A stretch of 64,000 bases of DNA, taken from NCBI RefSeq assembly GCF_006345805.1, contig NC_043000.1, positions 55,242,001-55,306,000 on the forward strand. The letters run 5' to 3'. Origin of the DNA: Octopus sinensis. Lineage: Eukaryota. How positions within the stretch are numbered: the first letter of the stretch is position 1; each line of letters begins with the position of its first letter. Position numbers and translations under genes: made by a program. Shown here one piece after another: positions 41,952-54,610 of this stretch. Under the pieces are notes generated by a model that made no database searches, was not told the DNA's origin, and saw nothing but the letters and a program-made list of their open reading frames with translations.

Positions 41952-43972
41952 TCAGTAGTTTTATTTTTATTTTTATAGCGTGCTTTCACTTCACTACCGA
42001 GCGCAGCTCTGTGTGCCTTGGGTATGTGCTGTGATTTGTTGTGATGCTCTGATGGTTATTGTATGGAAAGTGTTCTGCGTAGGATGTGTGCAGTGCCTAG
42101 TAGTGCAATTTTCTGTATGTTATATGTGTTTGTAAGTCCTGGTGTTTTTTATGTATTTGTCTGAATATTTTTTTATCATGCCTAATGCACCTACTATGAT
42201 AGGAATTGTTTCTGTTTTCAGATTCCACATTCTAGTTACCTCTATTTCCAGGTCTTTGTATTTTGAGAGTTTCTCCATTTCTTTTAGAGACACGTTGTCA
42301 TCTGCCGGTACTGATACATCAATTAGAAAGCATTTTTTTCTTCATGGTCTCTGACAACTATATCTGGTCTGTTGGCCTTAATTTCTCTATCTGTGTGTAT
42401 CGACATATCCCAGAGTATGGTTGCTTTCTCGTTTTCTGTGACCTTTTCTGGTGTGTGCCTATACCATCTTTTTTCTGTTGTTATTCCATAATGTTGGCAT
42501 AGCTTCCAATGTATGTAAGTTCCAACTCTGTCATGTCTGTGAATATATTCCTTCTTAGCCAGGACTGGGCAGCTAGAGATAATATGTTTATTGTTTCTTG
42601 TCCATCTCCACATATTCTGCAGTTACTTGTAATATTTCTTTTCATTACATGTCTTTGGTAATTTCTGGTGGGGAGGCTTTGGTCTTGTGCTGCAATTAAA
42701 AATCCCTGTTTCTGCTTTGAGTCCTGAGCTTCTCAACCATTGCTGGGATTTTTCTTTGTCTATTTCTTTTGCGTTTAGTTTAGTCCAGTATTTACCATGA
42801 AGGGGCTTTTTTGCCATCGTTTTATCATGGTTCGTTGCTGTTCTATTTTTAGTTTGGATTTCATTTTTTTATAGCTTTTGTTGTTTCTTCATCTTCTTCT
42901 TCTTCTTCATGTTTATTAGGTGGTATGATTTCTTGTTTGTATTTGTCAGCTTCCTTAAATACTGAGAACAGTTTTTGTTTTGCTCGTGTTTTGCCGCTAT
43001 CTGGATCAGTTTTCCTTCCTTCTGAAGTAGATATTTTTGCAGTCCTATGGTGGTTATTTTATAGTAGTTTTCCAGCTGTATAAGGCCTCTACCACCTTCT
43101 ATACGTTGTATATATAGTCTTTCTATGTCAGATTTTGGGTGATGCATCCTAGATCCTGTCATTATTTTTCTTGTTTTCCTATCTATTTTGGTCAGTTCAT
43201 TTCGTGTCCAGTTAAGGATATTGTAGCTGTAACTTATAACTGGGACAGCTAAAGTGTTGATACCTATTATCTTGTTTTTAGCATTGAGCTCTGTGTTTAG
43301 TATTGATCTAACTCGTCTATATATTCTTTTTTTATTTTCTCTTTCATTTGTGTGTGTTGTGTCTTATCTAGTTCATGGATTCCTAAGTATTTGTAAGTTT
43401 GGCTTTGGTCTAATTCTTTTATTTCATTTACTTCATCTAGTGTGATGTGTTACTCTTAACTAGTTTTCCTCTTTTCATGGTTACTTTGGCGCATTTTTCT
43501 AATCCAAATTTCATATCTATTTCTTTGGTAAATCCATGAACTGTCTTTAATAGTGTTTCCAGCTGTTTGTCATTTGCAGCGTATAGTTTTAGGTCATCCA
43601 TATATAAAAGGTGGCTGATCGTTTTGCCGTAACATTTATATCCGCATCCAGTTCTATTTAGCATATCAGATAGAGGTGACAGTGCCAAGCAGAAAAGGAG
43701 TGGAGAGAGCGTATCTCCCTGGAATATTCCTCTTCTAATGGGGATGTCTTTGGTTTTCATGAGTCCCTCTTTTGTTTGGAGGTGTAGGACTGTTTGCCAT
43801 TTATTCATAGAGTGCTCTATGAATTTTATGATTGTTGGTGCTACTTTGTTAATGGCTAGTGTTTCGAGGATCCATGTGTGGGGGATGCTATCAAACGCCT
43901 TTTTGTAGTCAATCCAGGCCATACTGAGGCCTTTCTTCTTTCTGTGGATGTCTTCAGTTACGGCTTTATTAA

Positions 43973-44032
<60 letters not shown>

Positions 44033-44455
44033 TATTATTATTATGTTACCATTATTGTTGTAATTCTCTCTCCATGTTATAATCATAGCAAGTGGCTGTC
44101 TTCAGTTATGGCTTTATTAATCATTAGTTGATCTTTACAGCCATATGAGCCTTTGCGGCATCCTTTCTGCTCTTCTGGGAACAGTTTGTTTTCGTCCAGG
44201 TGCTTGTTCAGCCTTTGTGATATCACTGCAGTAAATGCCTTGAACATAGTAGGGAGGCAGGTTATTGGTCTGTAGTTTTCTGGTTTTTCTGTTTCATTTG
44301 ATTTGGGAATTAAGATGGTTTTCCCCTTCGTGAGCCATTCAGGCATTGTCTCTGGCTCTGCTAGTACGTTGTTAAAGTTTTCAGCCAGCTTTTTGTGCAT
44401 TCCTGTTAGATATTTCAACCAGAAGTTGGGGATCTTGTCATGCCCAGGTGCCTTC
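41951..44455 (-). mobile_element. R4/Dong-like REL LINE (RT, CCHC and REL endonuclease), 5'-truncated, frameshifted and split by a TAA tract
   Basis: PENYRPITCL, EEQKGCRKG, AWIDYKKAFDSIPH, RGIFQGDTLSPLLF, SHLLYMDDLKLY, HPKSDIERLY, CRICG...HIISSC...YIHRHD, NRPDIVV. Both ends lie in (TAA)n, the known Dong-type target. Confidence 0.93.
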
Positions 44456-44475
44456 TATTATTACTATTATTATTA

Positions 44476-44548
<73 letters not shown>

Positions 44549-44555
44549 CATTATT

Positions 44556-44861
44556 CGGTGAGAGAGCAGTGCATGCCATCAAAGTGATACTGGGGTAAAG
44601 TATACGAAGCCCACTGTACCCACCATGATTACCTGCCTGATAAGGGTACACTAGGCACATGCATCACAACCATATGTGCGCGACAAGGTGATCTCATATG
44701 AAGATAAACAGCACATGACCTTGCAGATGGGGCCCAACTTTCTTCTGGTCGAGTAACCCATCTTGCTCAAAAGGTACCTGAATAATAATACTTGGAGACT
44801 TGGAGCCAACTTGTACAAATATAAAGCAAAAGTCAAACATAGAATAATAATAATAATAATA

Positions 44862-44907
<46 letters not shown>

Positions 44908-45005
44908 TGGCGTACCTTTATCAGACGGGTAGTCATGATGGGTATATTGGGCTTCGTATATTTTACCCCAGTGTCACTTTGATGGCATGAACTGCTCTCT
45001 CACTC

Positions 45006-45006
<1 letters not shown>
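44556..45006. mobile_element. Cluster of short retroposon 3' ends in (TAA)n, including an inverted pair (44556-44650 on -, 44909-45006 on +)
   Basis: gagagagcagtgcatgccatcaaagtgatactggggtaaa is mirrored by tttaccccagtgtcactttgatggcatgaactgctctctcac, and each copy ends in a TAA tail. Confidence 0.7.
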
Positions 45007-45052
<46 letters not shown>

Positions 45053-45053
45053 C

Positions 45054-45120
<67 letters not shown>

Positions 45121-47559
45121 TCGTATTGTGGTGCTGAATCTTGCGACATAACTCATAAAGTTCCCTACCAAGTTTTAAATAAAATGTTTAATTGGTTAAC
45201 TGAACTGTGAAATATTGTTCAGAAATGCAGTATATATTTTAAACATTTATATAAAAGAAGTCATTCGTTAACATACTTCATACTACGTAATACCTATGCA
45301 TTCGAACAACGCACTGGTAATCTTACTTACTCTACACTGTTAATCGCATCTATAGGAACGACTGCCAGTGTAAACCAACGATTAAATATTACTTTATTTC
45401 AAAGTTTAATCTAAAGTTTTATTATCATTAAAACATTTAAAACAGCAAAAACTACTGCGTTGTAATTAAAGCAATATTGATTTCTATACTGTACATTTAA
45501 TTAGATGGAACCCAGTTAGTTCCACTATGGTCACATAGATTCTTAAAAACAGTCAATGTAAAAATATATATAGAGATAAAATATAGGTTGCATTCATTTT
45601 CAGCTGCTTTTATTCATATATACGTGTTTGTGACTCTGTGTTTCTGTGTGGATGGGTTTGTGTGTCCGCGTGTGTGCTTTAATATATACATGTAACTGGG
45701 TATATATGTAAGCGAATACGTACGTACATGTATAGCTCTGCGTGTTTATCGTTACATATGCCATCAAAATAACTATGAACGCGTACTTAATTTTTTGTTA
45801 TGTACAGATACATGTGTGTGTGTCTCTGTATGCTTGTATATCTGCACACACACATACATACATACATACATATATGCATACATACATACATACATACATA
45901 TATCTATATATATATATATATACATATATATACACGCATATATATATATCAAAGTTTTTTTCAAAAATTATCTGAGGGCGTGTGTTCATCCCATTTACAA
46001 TGTCAAATTGATACATACGTAACTAAATTTAATGATAGGTTTTGAATTTGAACATTTAGATAACAGGTTAAAAGTGCAAATGAGCCAGACATATGCAGCT
46101 GTAGACGTCGTTAGTCATTGATTTTATCGCTTTTATATCAAACTAGGTGTTTTGATTATAATCGCATAACCAAAGAAGAGAGAAGGTAAGAGCAAATTCA
46201 AAGAAATCAGTTATGCATGTTCATCATTGAAATGTATTTTGTTTCTGATGTAAAGTATGGTATTTAGAAGAACCAGAAAGAGAGAAAGAATTGATTTTTA
46301 CTTTCAAAACGACACATTTCAAATTTTCTAGTAACAACTGTTAGCGAAGAAAAATGTAATTTCAGCAATAGTGACTAGTTTTATGTCAGAGAAACGGAAG
46401 GATTTGTGTAGTGTTCAAAATACTACACAATTGTCTGGTGTCAAGCAACCGTGTGATAGAATCAGAAAATTGTCTCAGAATAAGTACTTTTGACTGCTTG
46501 TCGAAAGGAAATAGAAATAACAAGATGAAAGTACCCCAAAAAATAACAACCAAATGTAATGTACGGGAACAAGATGCTAATTTCCATTTCTATCGCCAAG
46601 AGAAATTTTGTCGCAAGCGTATATTTTACTTGGTATTTTTCTTTTCATTAACATTTCTATTTATTTCTAGTTCTTTAGCAATATGCGCAATCTATAACAT
46701 ATATGTAGTTGTCTTCATACCCATTTAACATCTGTGTAATATAAGCTTGTTATGGCTAAGCCTTATCACACAGCAATTTGATTTGCTCGTTTTCGGAACA
46801 GTGAAAATCGGTTTGGTTAACCCACTGAGAGCAAAACGAACTAAAATGACATTTTCGAATAAAGGAACAAGATTATGTGAATGAAACATTTCTATTTCTT
46901 TCATTTTCTCCTAGGTAGTCAGCGCACTTTAAACATAGATATCTTTCTATAATGCAGTGAAAATTATTATACGTAACAAAGTATTTTTGTTCAAGATACT
47001 TGAACGGTGAGATACTGTATCTAAATACTGCATGAAAATAGATCAAGAATAGTTGAGTGCATTATAAACAAAACAATCCGTTAATGAATTAATAGGAAAG
47101 TTGGTCTATAAGTCACCAAGCTATGCAGGAATATGTGCAAAAAGCAAACAACCTGGATTTTGGGTGGAGAAATGCAGATACCCACTTCAGAAAATGGGTG
47201 AAAAGCAATACTTTTAATTAACATTTCAGGAAATTCTTTATCATTATTGCATTGACAAGTGTTTCTGAAGTAAATCACTCTTTGTATTTGTTTCATATAA
47301 TTTGCCACTTTTACTTGTTTCAGTTGCTATACAAAATCGGTTAAAGACGTTGAATGTCTTATTGATTCTCTTGAAGCTGGCGAAATGGTTGCGATAATAT
47401 TTCTTAAATGAAGCAGCCGTCTTTCCTAGTGTAAACATACGGCCCTTCCCCTTATGTGCACGGTACATTTATATACAAGATTTATACTCATACAGCGGTT
47501 CATATATGTGTGTGTGAGTGTGCGTGGGTGGGGTGCGTGTGCATGTGTATGTGTGAGTA

Positions 47560-47732
47560 TTTATACGACGGGTTTCTTTCCGTTTTCGTCTACTCAATCT
47601 ACTCACAAGGCATTGGTCTGATCGGTCCGAGGCTAGAGTTGAAGACACTTGCCAGGGCGTCACGCAATAGGCCTGAATCTGGTACCATATGTTTGGGAAG
47701 CAAGCTTCTTACAACACAGTCATACCTGCGCG
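47560..47732 (-). mobile_element. SINE family A fragment
   Basis: actcacaaggcattgg...gaagacacttgcc...gggaagcaagcttcttac..cacag.cat.cctgcg is the reverse complement of the 4161 head and body. Confidence 0.75.
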
Positions 47733-48317
47733 TAACCGCCTGTGTAACCAAAGATTATGCCTCAACGGATTCACTCGATTTGGTAGAAATATCAGCTAAA
47801 TCTGCCTTATATCACAAAATAGGTAACACCGATTTCAATAATATAATTTAAATGTCTACTCTATCCCGATCAACCATTTCATCGAAATTTTACTCGCACT
47901 ATTCCGTCGTAGTGTTTAGTAATGGAGAACTGAGATATACTACATCGTGTTTAAATATTAGCACTGGTTGAGCTTATTCTCCAAAACTATTAATGTTTGC
48001 ACTGGATAGTTATTATGTATTATTGATACTCTGACAACAAACACTCATATTGTACCATGTTGTAAATAAGCATCACTCACAAGCAATCTAGGTAACGAAC
48101 ATAAACCGTACATAACTAGATGAACGCAGTCCTTGTAAACATCCTTAAATGGGATGTTTAGTGCACTTCAGCATCACAAAATCACAAATGCTATATATTG
48201 AAGGATGTTGCCTTGTGTTACTTTCTTCCTATAAATTTCTTCATTAAATTTGCTAGGAATGTTAGTGTTAAGCATTTTAGATAATATTGTATAGCAGTTT
48301 CCCATGTATAATATCAT

Positions 48318-48575
48318 TTCTACTAGAAGCACAAGGCTTGATATTTTGGGGGAGAGTACTAGTCGATTACATCTGTCCCAGTGTTTCACTAGTAAATAGC
48401 TATTTGGTGATTATAAGAATGGGGAGGTTAAAGCTAAAATTTATTCATCCATACATTTATCGACCCCGAAAGAATGAAAAGCAAAGTCGACCTCGGCGAA
48501 ATTTGAAATCCGATCGTACAGATGGACGAAATGCCGCTAAGCATTTCGTCCAGCACACTAAAGACACTGCCGGCT
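48318..48575 (-). mobile_element. SINE family B
   Basis: tatcgaccccgaaagaatgaaaagcaaagtcgacctcggcgaaatttgaa...aaatgccgctaagcatttcg. Confidence 0.8.
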
Positions 48576-50158
48576 CTCTGGCTTTTTCACAGGTATTTCA
48601 CCACAAAACTTCGTCCACAAAACAGATCACATCATTTGATCGTCTTCAGCAAGTTGAACTGATATGGGCGCTGATGTATTTTATAACAATAATAACTTTA
48701 CAACGATTATGAACCGAATTAAAAACAGTCAGCTAATTCGCAAAAGTTTACATACCAAATAACTTGAAATCTCAGTAATGCCTGTTCACTTTTTGTCTAA
48801 TTAACTACAAAATCGACAGCGTCTTCACCTATAACATATACCAACTTTATAGAAACACTTTTCACTGACCCCCACTTTACATATCATTGCGCTTTCTCAT
48901 CAATAATTCTGCGTCTAGCACTCAAAATCCCTTACTACGAGAAATCATACACTTTTTAATACCTCAGGAATACCGCATTTGGAACTATTTTCTTCCAGAA
49001 TGTACGCGTGCATATATGATTACGTGTGTATGTAAGTATACACGAATGTTTAAAACATAGATTTAAACTAAACACAAGCTACATCTATCACACTATCGAA
49101 GAAGTGTCTCTAAATGTCATGAGAGCTGTTCGTTTCTATAAATTTTTAATAAAAAAAGCGATGATTGAGAATGTCGACATTTAGAGTGAATGAAACAGCT
49201 GTGATAGTTTAAATGAAATTGTAATTCTAGAACCGAGCGTCAAGCAAATGATTATTATTTAAACATTCAATGTGTCTTTATTGGAATATAAGATAATGTT
49301 TGATATTTTTACGTGCTCTGGAAATTTTCCATAGAAAAATTAAATGGCTAAATTATACTTTAGATTATTTTAATTTCAGATTATGTGAAAGTATTGCAGT
49401 TTTAAATTAGCTGTATTAATTTGAAGTAGTTTTCTTGTCTTCCAGTTACTGAGAGGAAAACAGAATAATTTACTTCTATTAAAGTAAATTATTTTATTTA
49501 TTGGATAAAATAGACAATACCATGTATATAAGAATAAAAAATCATAATTACGGTGTATTCTTGCAGTAAAATACTGCAGTGCAAAAGACCCCAATGAAAT
49601 GATTTTACCATGTCTTTTGATATGTAAGAAATCCTTCCAAATTAATCGCCCATGAGGCGCACAAATAGCATGCAGGCATTGCATATTGTAGTATTATGTG
49701 TACTACCTTTGTAAAACAGTAAAAGATTGAATAAAAACAGCTGGCTTCATCTTGTGCTAAAAGGCATAATATTTTTAAAGTAAGTTTTACCTCGACAGCC
49801 AAGAAGTTGTTGGTCGCAATTGGCGGAGGTGATAATACTGTCATGTTGAAGTAATAAACAGGGTGGGTGCAAGTAGACATTTTGTGTATAAGAATTTAAT
49901 GACTAAAAACAGAGTCTGTGATAGATGATGTTGCGAAGTCGCTAGATGATGGTGAAAAGTCTATGGTACGTGGCTCTCAGGGATTCTGTCAATCACTTAC
50001 TATCACATGCAAGCTCATTTGCCATTATTTCATCTTGCCACAGAGTATTTCCTTAAGGAGAGTGTGAGTTAGTACTTTGTCACTTTGGACGTTCTCTGAT
50101 ATCCTCCGGATATCCTTATTTCTTATTTTGATTATGTATATATATATATATAATATAT

Positions 50159-50209
<51 letters not shown>

Positions 50210-50216
50210 TATATAT

Positions 50217-50287
<71 letters not shown>

Positions 50288-50313
50288 TATATACACATAT
50301 ATATATATATATA

Positions 50314-50362
50314 TACTCAGAGTGACAGGTTTTGTTGAATTTTCTGCTGCTTTAAATAAAGT
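50314..50362 (+). mobile_element. ~50-bp pLTR 3' stub inserted in (TA)n, same family as 61010-61320
   Basis: actcagagtgacaggttttgttgaattttctgctgctttaaataaagt aligns with the reverse complement of 61009-61057. Confidence 0.7.
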
Positions 50363-51309
50363 ATATATATATCAAAGTAATTATAATAATCTTCGAATAT
50401 CTTATAATCTTGCCAGCCGTAGGGCTACTTTGAATTAATAGGAATTATGAAAAATGAAGAGATAAATGACATAACATTTTAGCGTGAGTTAAACACCGTT
50501 CCGACAATTTTTCAATTTCAGTAATATATGATTTGCCATTATAGCAAATTCATTAATGTATCGGAAATAAGATATCTGATAATGGTGCTGTGTGACATTT
50601 ATAATGCTAAGGTAGCATTGATTTTAACATAGAAGCTATTTTATATAATGTTTATTTCAATATTTACACTATATATTTTTCATACGATCTAAGATAAAGA
50701 TATCAGATAGTAAAATAAACCAGATGTTTCGGCTATATTAAAGAAAGTCAATAGTGTCTGCAAGCAGTATCTCGACCTTTTAAAAATTTCTCTCAAAACG
50801 GAACTTATCGTCATAAAAAGTAAAGAGCACATTCGTAAACGTAAGCCTAGAGACTTCTAAAAACACTGGACGTTTGCTAGCCTGTTTGATTATCGGGGTG
50901 CTGAACCAGGATTGACCTTAAACTAAATAGTCAATTATTGCTAGACTAGTTATATATCTCAGATACGAATTCATACAGAAATTTGTCATATTAAGTATCG
51001 AATTTTGTTTTATACCGCTTAAAACTTGAATTCCTCTATAACGGATAAAATAAGAAACCATTAAATACACTATTGTCTCTTTTAGAATTGATCATAATTT
51101 TACAAGTCCAAATAAATTAATATTGATTTTTTTTTTACACTTTTAGATATGTCTGTACTTTGATAAAGTATAAATTATTGAAAGCATCCTTGAACGTCGT
51201 AGCACTGGTAAGATTAACTTTGGAGAGATTTGAAATGCAAGACTAAATATTGTAAACCCAATGCATTATTATTTTCACGCAACTACCGCCTAAAATAAAC
51301 TTGCTTCAA

Positions 51310-51490
51310 AATTTGCAACAAGGCCAGCAGCTTTGGGGGAGGAGCATCACTGATACTTAATTCATCCCTCACTAGCGGATGAAAAGCAAAGTCGGCCTCA
51401 ATACAGTTTGAACTTGGAACGTAAAGTCGGACAAAATGCCGCTGTGCATTTTGCCCGGCATACTATCAATTATGTCTGCTTGCCACCTTA
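51310..51490 (-). mobile_element. SINE family B, degenerate
   Basis: ggatgaaaagcaaagtcggcctc...tttgaactt...aaatgccgct..gcattttgcccggc. Confidence 0.7.
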
Positions 51491-51835
51491 CGCCTAAAAT
51501 AATATTAAAGCACGTTTCGTTCTTTCAAAGCTGCACTAAACTTCTGAGTTAATTTGCAAACATTAAATCTAAAAATGTTGATATTGCACTGAACAATAAT
51601 ACGAATTCGAACGATATTGTAAATATTCTAATTGTAGTTAAATATATATATATATATAAAGTATGGGGATATAGTTCACAGATCACCTAAATTATTAGGT
51701 ACGCTAGGTGATGTCTGTAATGGATTGCTAGGTATCCAAGATTGTAGCCGAGACGGCAGTTGTAGAGCCGTTGAAGATTTCCGGTATAGCGGATATATAA
51801 TTGTTAAAGAGAACAACGAACGATAAGGCAAGACA

Positions 51836-51885
51836 GACATTTTTGTTTCTGGAATATCCCAGAATATGGGATATTCCGTCATTAG
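51836..51885 (-). ncRNA. Hammerhead fold, left arm (core CTAATGA)
   Basis: CTAATGA-C-GGAATATCCCA-tattc-TGGGATATTCC-A-GAAAC-aaaaat-GTC, with a perfect 11-bp stem II. Confidence 0.6.
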
Positions 51886-52040
51886 AAATGAATAGGGAAA
51901 ATGAGAATGGAATAGATTAATGAAACTGTGAACGTGTATGCTTCTTTTTCTTCTCTCTTTTCATTTGTTTATTCCTTTACTCCTGTCCTCTATGTCGTCG
52001 TTTCATTAATCTACACCCTTCACATTTTCCCTATTTGTCT

Positions 52041-52088
52041 CTGATGACGGAATATCGCATACTCTGGGATATCCCAGAAACAGCTGTA
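52041..52088 (+). ncRNA. Hammerhead fold, right arm (canonical core)
   Basis: CTGATGA-C-GGAATATC...GATATCCC-A-GAAA-CAGCTG-TA, with palindromic stem III ACAGCTGT. Stem I is decayed. Confidence 0.7.
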
Positions 52089-52308
52089 GCAATTTTTCCA
52101 ATAATAATAACGTATATGACTTGAGATGATTGCCTCGCCTTCACGTTTGCTGTCCTCTTTAACAATTATATATGTGTGTACAAATAACATGCACAAAATA
52201 AATAAATAGTTACCAGGGTAGCAAAAATTCACGTAAGTGCCAATAATGCTACACCCTACTTATAAAGGTAGAAGTTCCAGAATTTAGTTAAATGTTTGTG
52301 TATCACAT

Positions 52309-53619
52309 AGATAAATTAAAAAATGGAGTAAAAGGCAGGTGTTATTAAAATATTTATGCTTCCGACAAATGTTTCGAAGAAAACATTGGTATTATTCCTG
52401 AGGGAATAAAATGATGTAAAGCAATGCAATAATCTCATCAGAGTAAAAGGAGAAACAAAACACCTCAATAAGCCATTTTAACCGAATGTGATTACCGAGT
52501 ATATGATGAAGGGAACGCTGGAAAGTTATTTTTTAAACAACCGTTATTAGATTTAACGTCAAAGGTAATTTAGAGAAAGAAAGGAGGAGAAATAAAGAAA
52601 TTAACAGAAAATTAAGAGTGGAGATATATAAGGCGATAGATGAGTGGAAAGAAAGCTTAAAGGTGTGTAAATAGATGTACGTAATGGAAATGAAATGTAA
52701 GAAGATAATCAAAAGTCAAATTTTATAGATAGTTAGAAACTACTTATAAGAACTAAACGTATGTTTTTGCCAATGTTTGCAACGATAAACGCGTTCTTTA
52801 AAGGTGTTTACAAGAGAATTCTCTGAGAACAGAATGAGATACTGCTCTTCTGTACAGAGCAGACAAAAGGATTTCCTTTATCATATGGAAATGATATAGA
52901 TAGAATACTCCATTTCAAACCAAAATATTTATTATGTTCCTATAGAGACCAAATTAATTTACTAAGCCCAGTATTGTTGCGTCTAATGATATGTCTAAAT
53001 CTAGAGTAATATTAGATATTCTTTTGGACAACTATGATGAAGGGCTACTTATGTAAAGAAAGACATCAGAACCGGAAGTAATTTTTTATATTGATAAAGA
53101 GAATTTCTACTCTTAGAATTACTGCTAAGGAAACGAATGCGATTCGAATTTGTATAAGAAATGCTAATATTGTTCAAAGATGGTTAGTGTTAATGATATC
53201 AATGTTATTATTTTCATTAAGTGGATTTGTATTTAACAACTTATTGTTATCAGAAGAGATTTGTGAAATGATTTTGGTGTTTGAAAACCCTATTCAAATT
53301 CAGTGTGAATTGACAATAGAATGGTATCTTCAATATTTGGGAAAAAGTTTTATATATAGCTTCACAAAACTGGTAAGTGAGGTTGGATTTGATCTTTTTT
53401 CGCATATGGAATTATCAACCAAACAGTTTTACTAGGAGATACCTTATTTTTAGAGTAATTATCTTTTAAACGCCCAGAAAATCAATCATTAAATTTGAAA
53501 AGGATCTGTGGGTCCGTAAAGATACGCATGGCAGTTTTGATGTCATGATGGGAAGTTCTGATTCAGATTTAAATAACGTCTGCGTTTTACTCCATTTCTT
53601 AATTTATCTTAATTTATCT
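52309..53619 (-). mobile_element. Degenerate Penelope-like element (RT C-terminus, GIY-YIG, pLTR on -) with a short inverted RT plus 3'-end piece on +
   Basis: - strand: VWLIIPY...KLFPKY.RYHSIVN; NTGLSKLIWSL...LKWSIL...PY...CLLCTEEQYLIL...LVN...CKHWQK. + strand 53460-53568: RKSIIKFEKDLWVRKDTHGSFDVMMGSSDS (FDVTMGS.D motif). Confidence 0.85.
52361..52444 (-). ncRNA. Hammerhead ribozyme with an extended stem II
   Basis: CTGATGA-G...~55 nt including TATTCC-ctca-GGAATA...TTC-GAAAC-ATTT-GTC-GG, located in the pLTR of the 52309-53619 element. Confidence 0.65.
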
Positions 53620-53620
53620 G

Positions 53621-53667
<47 letters not shown>

Positions 53668-53736
53668 ATAACGTGGTGGACCAGGTCAGTTTGAGCTCCC
53701 CTACTACTATAATGTAAACTTTTGGGAACTCATAAT

Positions 53737-54163
53737 ATTCTGTGCGTGTATACCAATATTCCACTGAAAGTTTTAGTAATTCCTTCTGGAAACTATCTTT
53801 AAAATTTTTTTGAGAATGTATATAAATGTAATCTTTTGTGCCCAATATTTTAATGAACTTGTTAAACCTTTTCATGTTCTTAACATGTTTTTGTTACCAA
53901 AGAAGGTATATATGCATTGGAGTATTTTGTGACAACCAATATTCTGTGCGAGTATGAATATACAGATACAATACCAATATTCCACTGAACTTTTTAATAA
54001 TTCCTTCTGGAAACTATCCTTAAGATTTTCTTGAGAATGTATATTTATGCTGTAATCTTTTGTACCCAATAGTTTAATGAACTTCTTAAACTTTTTTATG
54101 TTCTTTACATGTTCTTGTTACCAAAGACTGTATATATGCGTTGTAGCATTTTGTGACAACCAA
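53737..54163. repeat. Diverged tandem duplication, 2 x ~205-220 bp
   Basis: attctgtgcg...taccaatattccactgaa...ttccttctggaaactatc...ttttgtgacaaccaat occurs twice; the second unit starts at 53941. Confidence 0.9.
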
Positions 54164-54304
54164 TAATTAACACAACCAAACTTTTACATGTTACTTTTCT
54201 AAAGAGTGAAACCGGTAAAGTAAATAAACATCTTTTAAAATTGCATTTTCAAACCTTCTTTCGTATATAATTCCACTCGTGCGGTACCTTACAACTCTAC
54301 TTTG

Positions 54305-54335
<31 letters not shown>

Positions 54336-54342
<7 letters not shown>

Positions 54343-54567
54343 ACTTATCACGTGACCGACCAGACCATTACATGTTGCTACACATCGCTGGTCACAATGC
54401 GTTCGCATGGTTTTAACCTTCGCCACCCCGGTGGTTAAGCGAGCTGGCCAACAGAAGAAAGAGAGAAAGAGTGGTGAAAGAGTACAGCAGAGATCGTGGA
54501 GCTTTTAGTTGTTTTCGCTCAATAAACACACGCCCAGTCTGGGATTCGAAACCGCGATCCTACGACT
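54336..54567 (-). mobile_element. SINE (family C) with a tRNA B-box
   Basis: The - strand reads gtcgtaggatcgcggtttcgaatcccagactgggcg; the 3' end has a repeated tcacgtga adjoining (TA)n. Confidence 0.65.
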
Positions 54568-54599
<32 letters not shown>

Positions 54600-54610
54600 A
54601 TAATAATAAT

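Larger units (their letters stand above)
51793..52173. mobile_element. Imperfect palindrome made of two tail-out pLTR fragments, each with a hammerhead fold
   Basis: The arms mirror each other (atatataattgttaaagag...ctctttaacaattatatat; ggaatatcc; atagggaaaatg; tagattaatgaaac). Confidence 0.75.

Noticed and set aside
49600-50110. Possible coding remnant on -
   Set aside because: Only a vague resemblance to an APE endonuclease; too degenerate to call.
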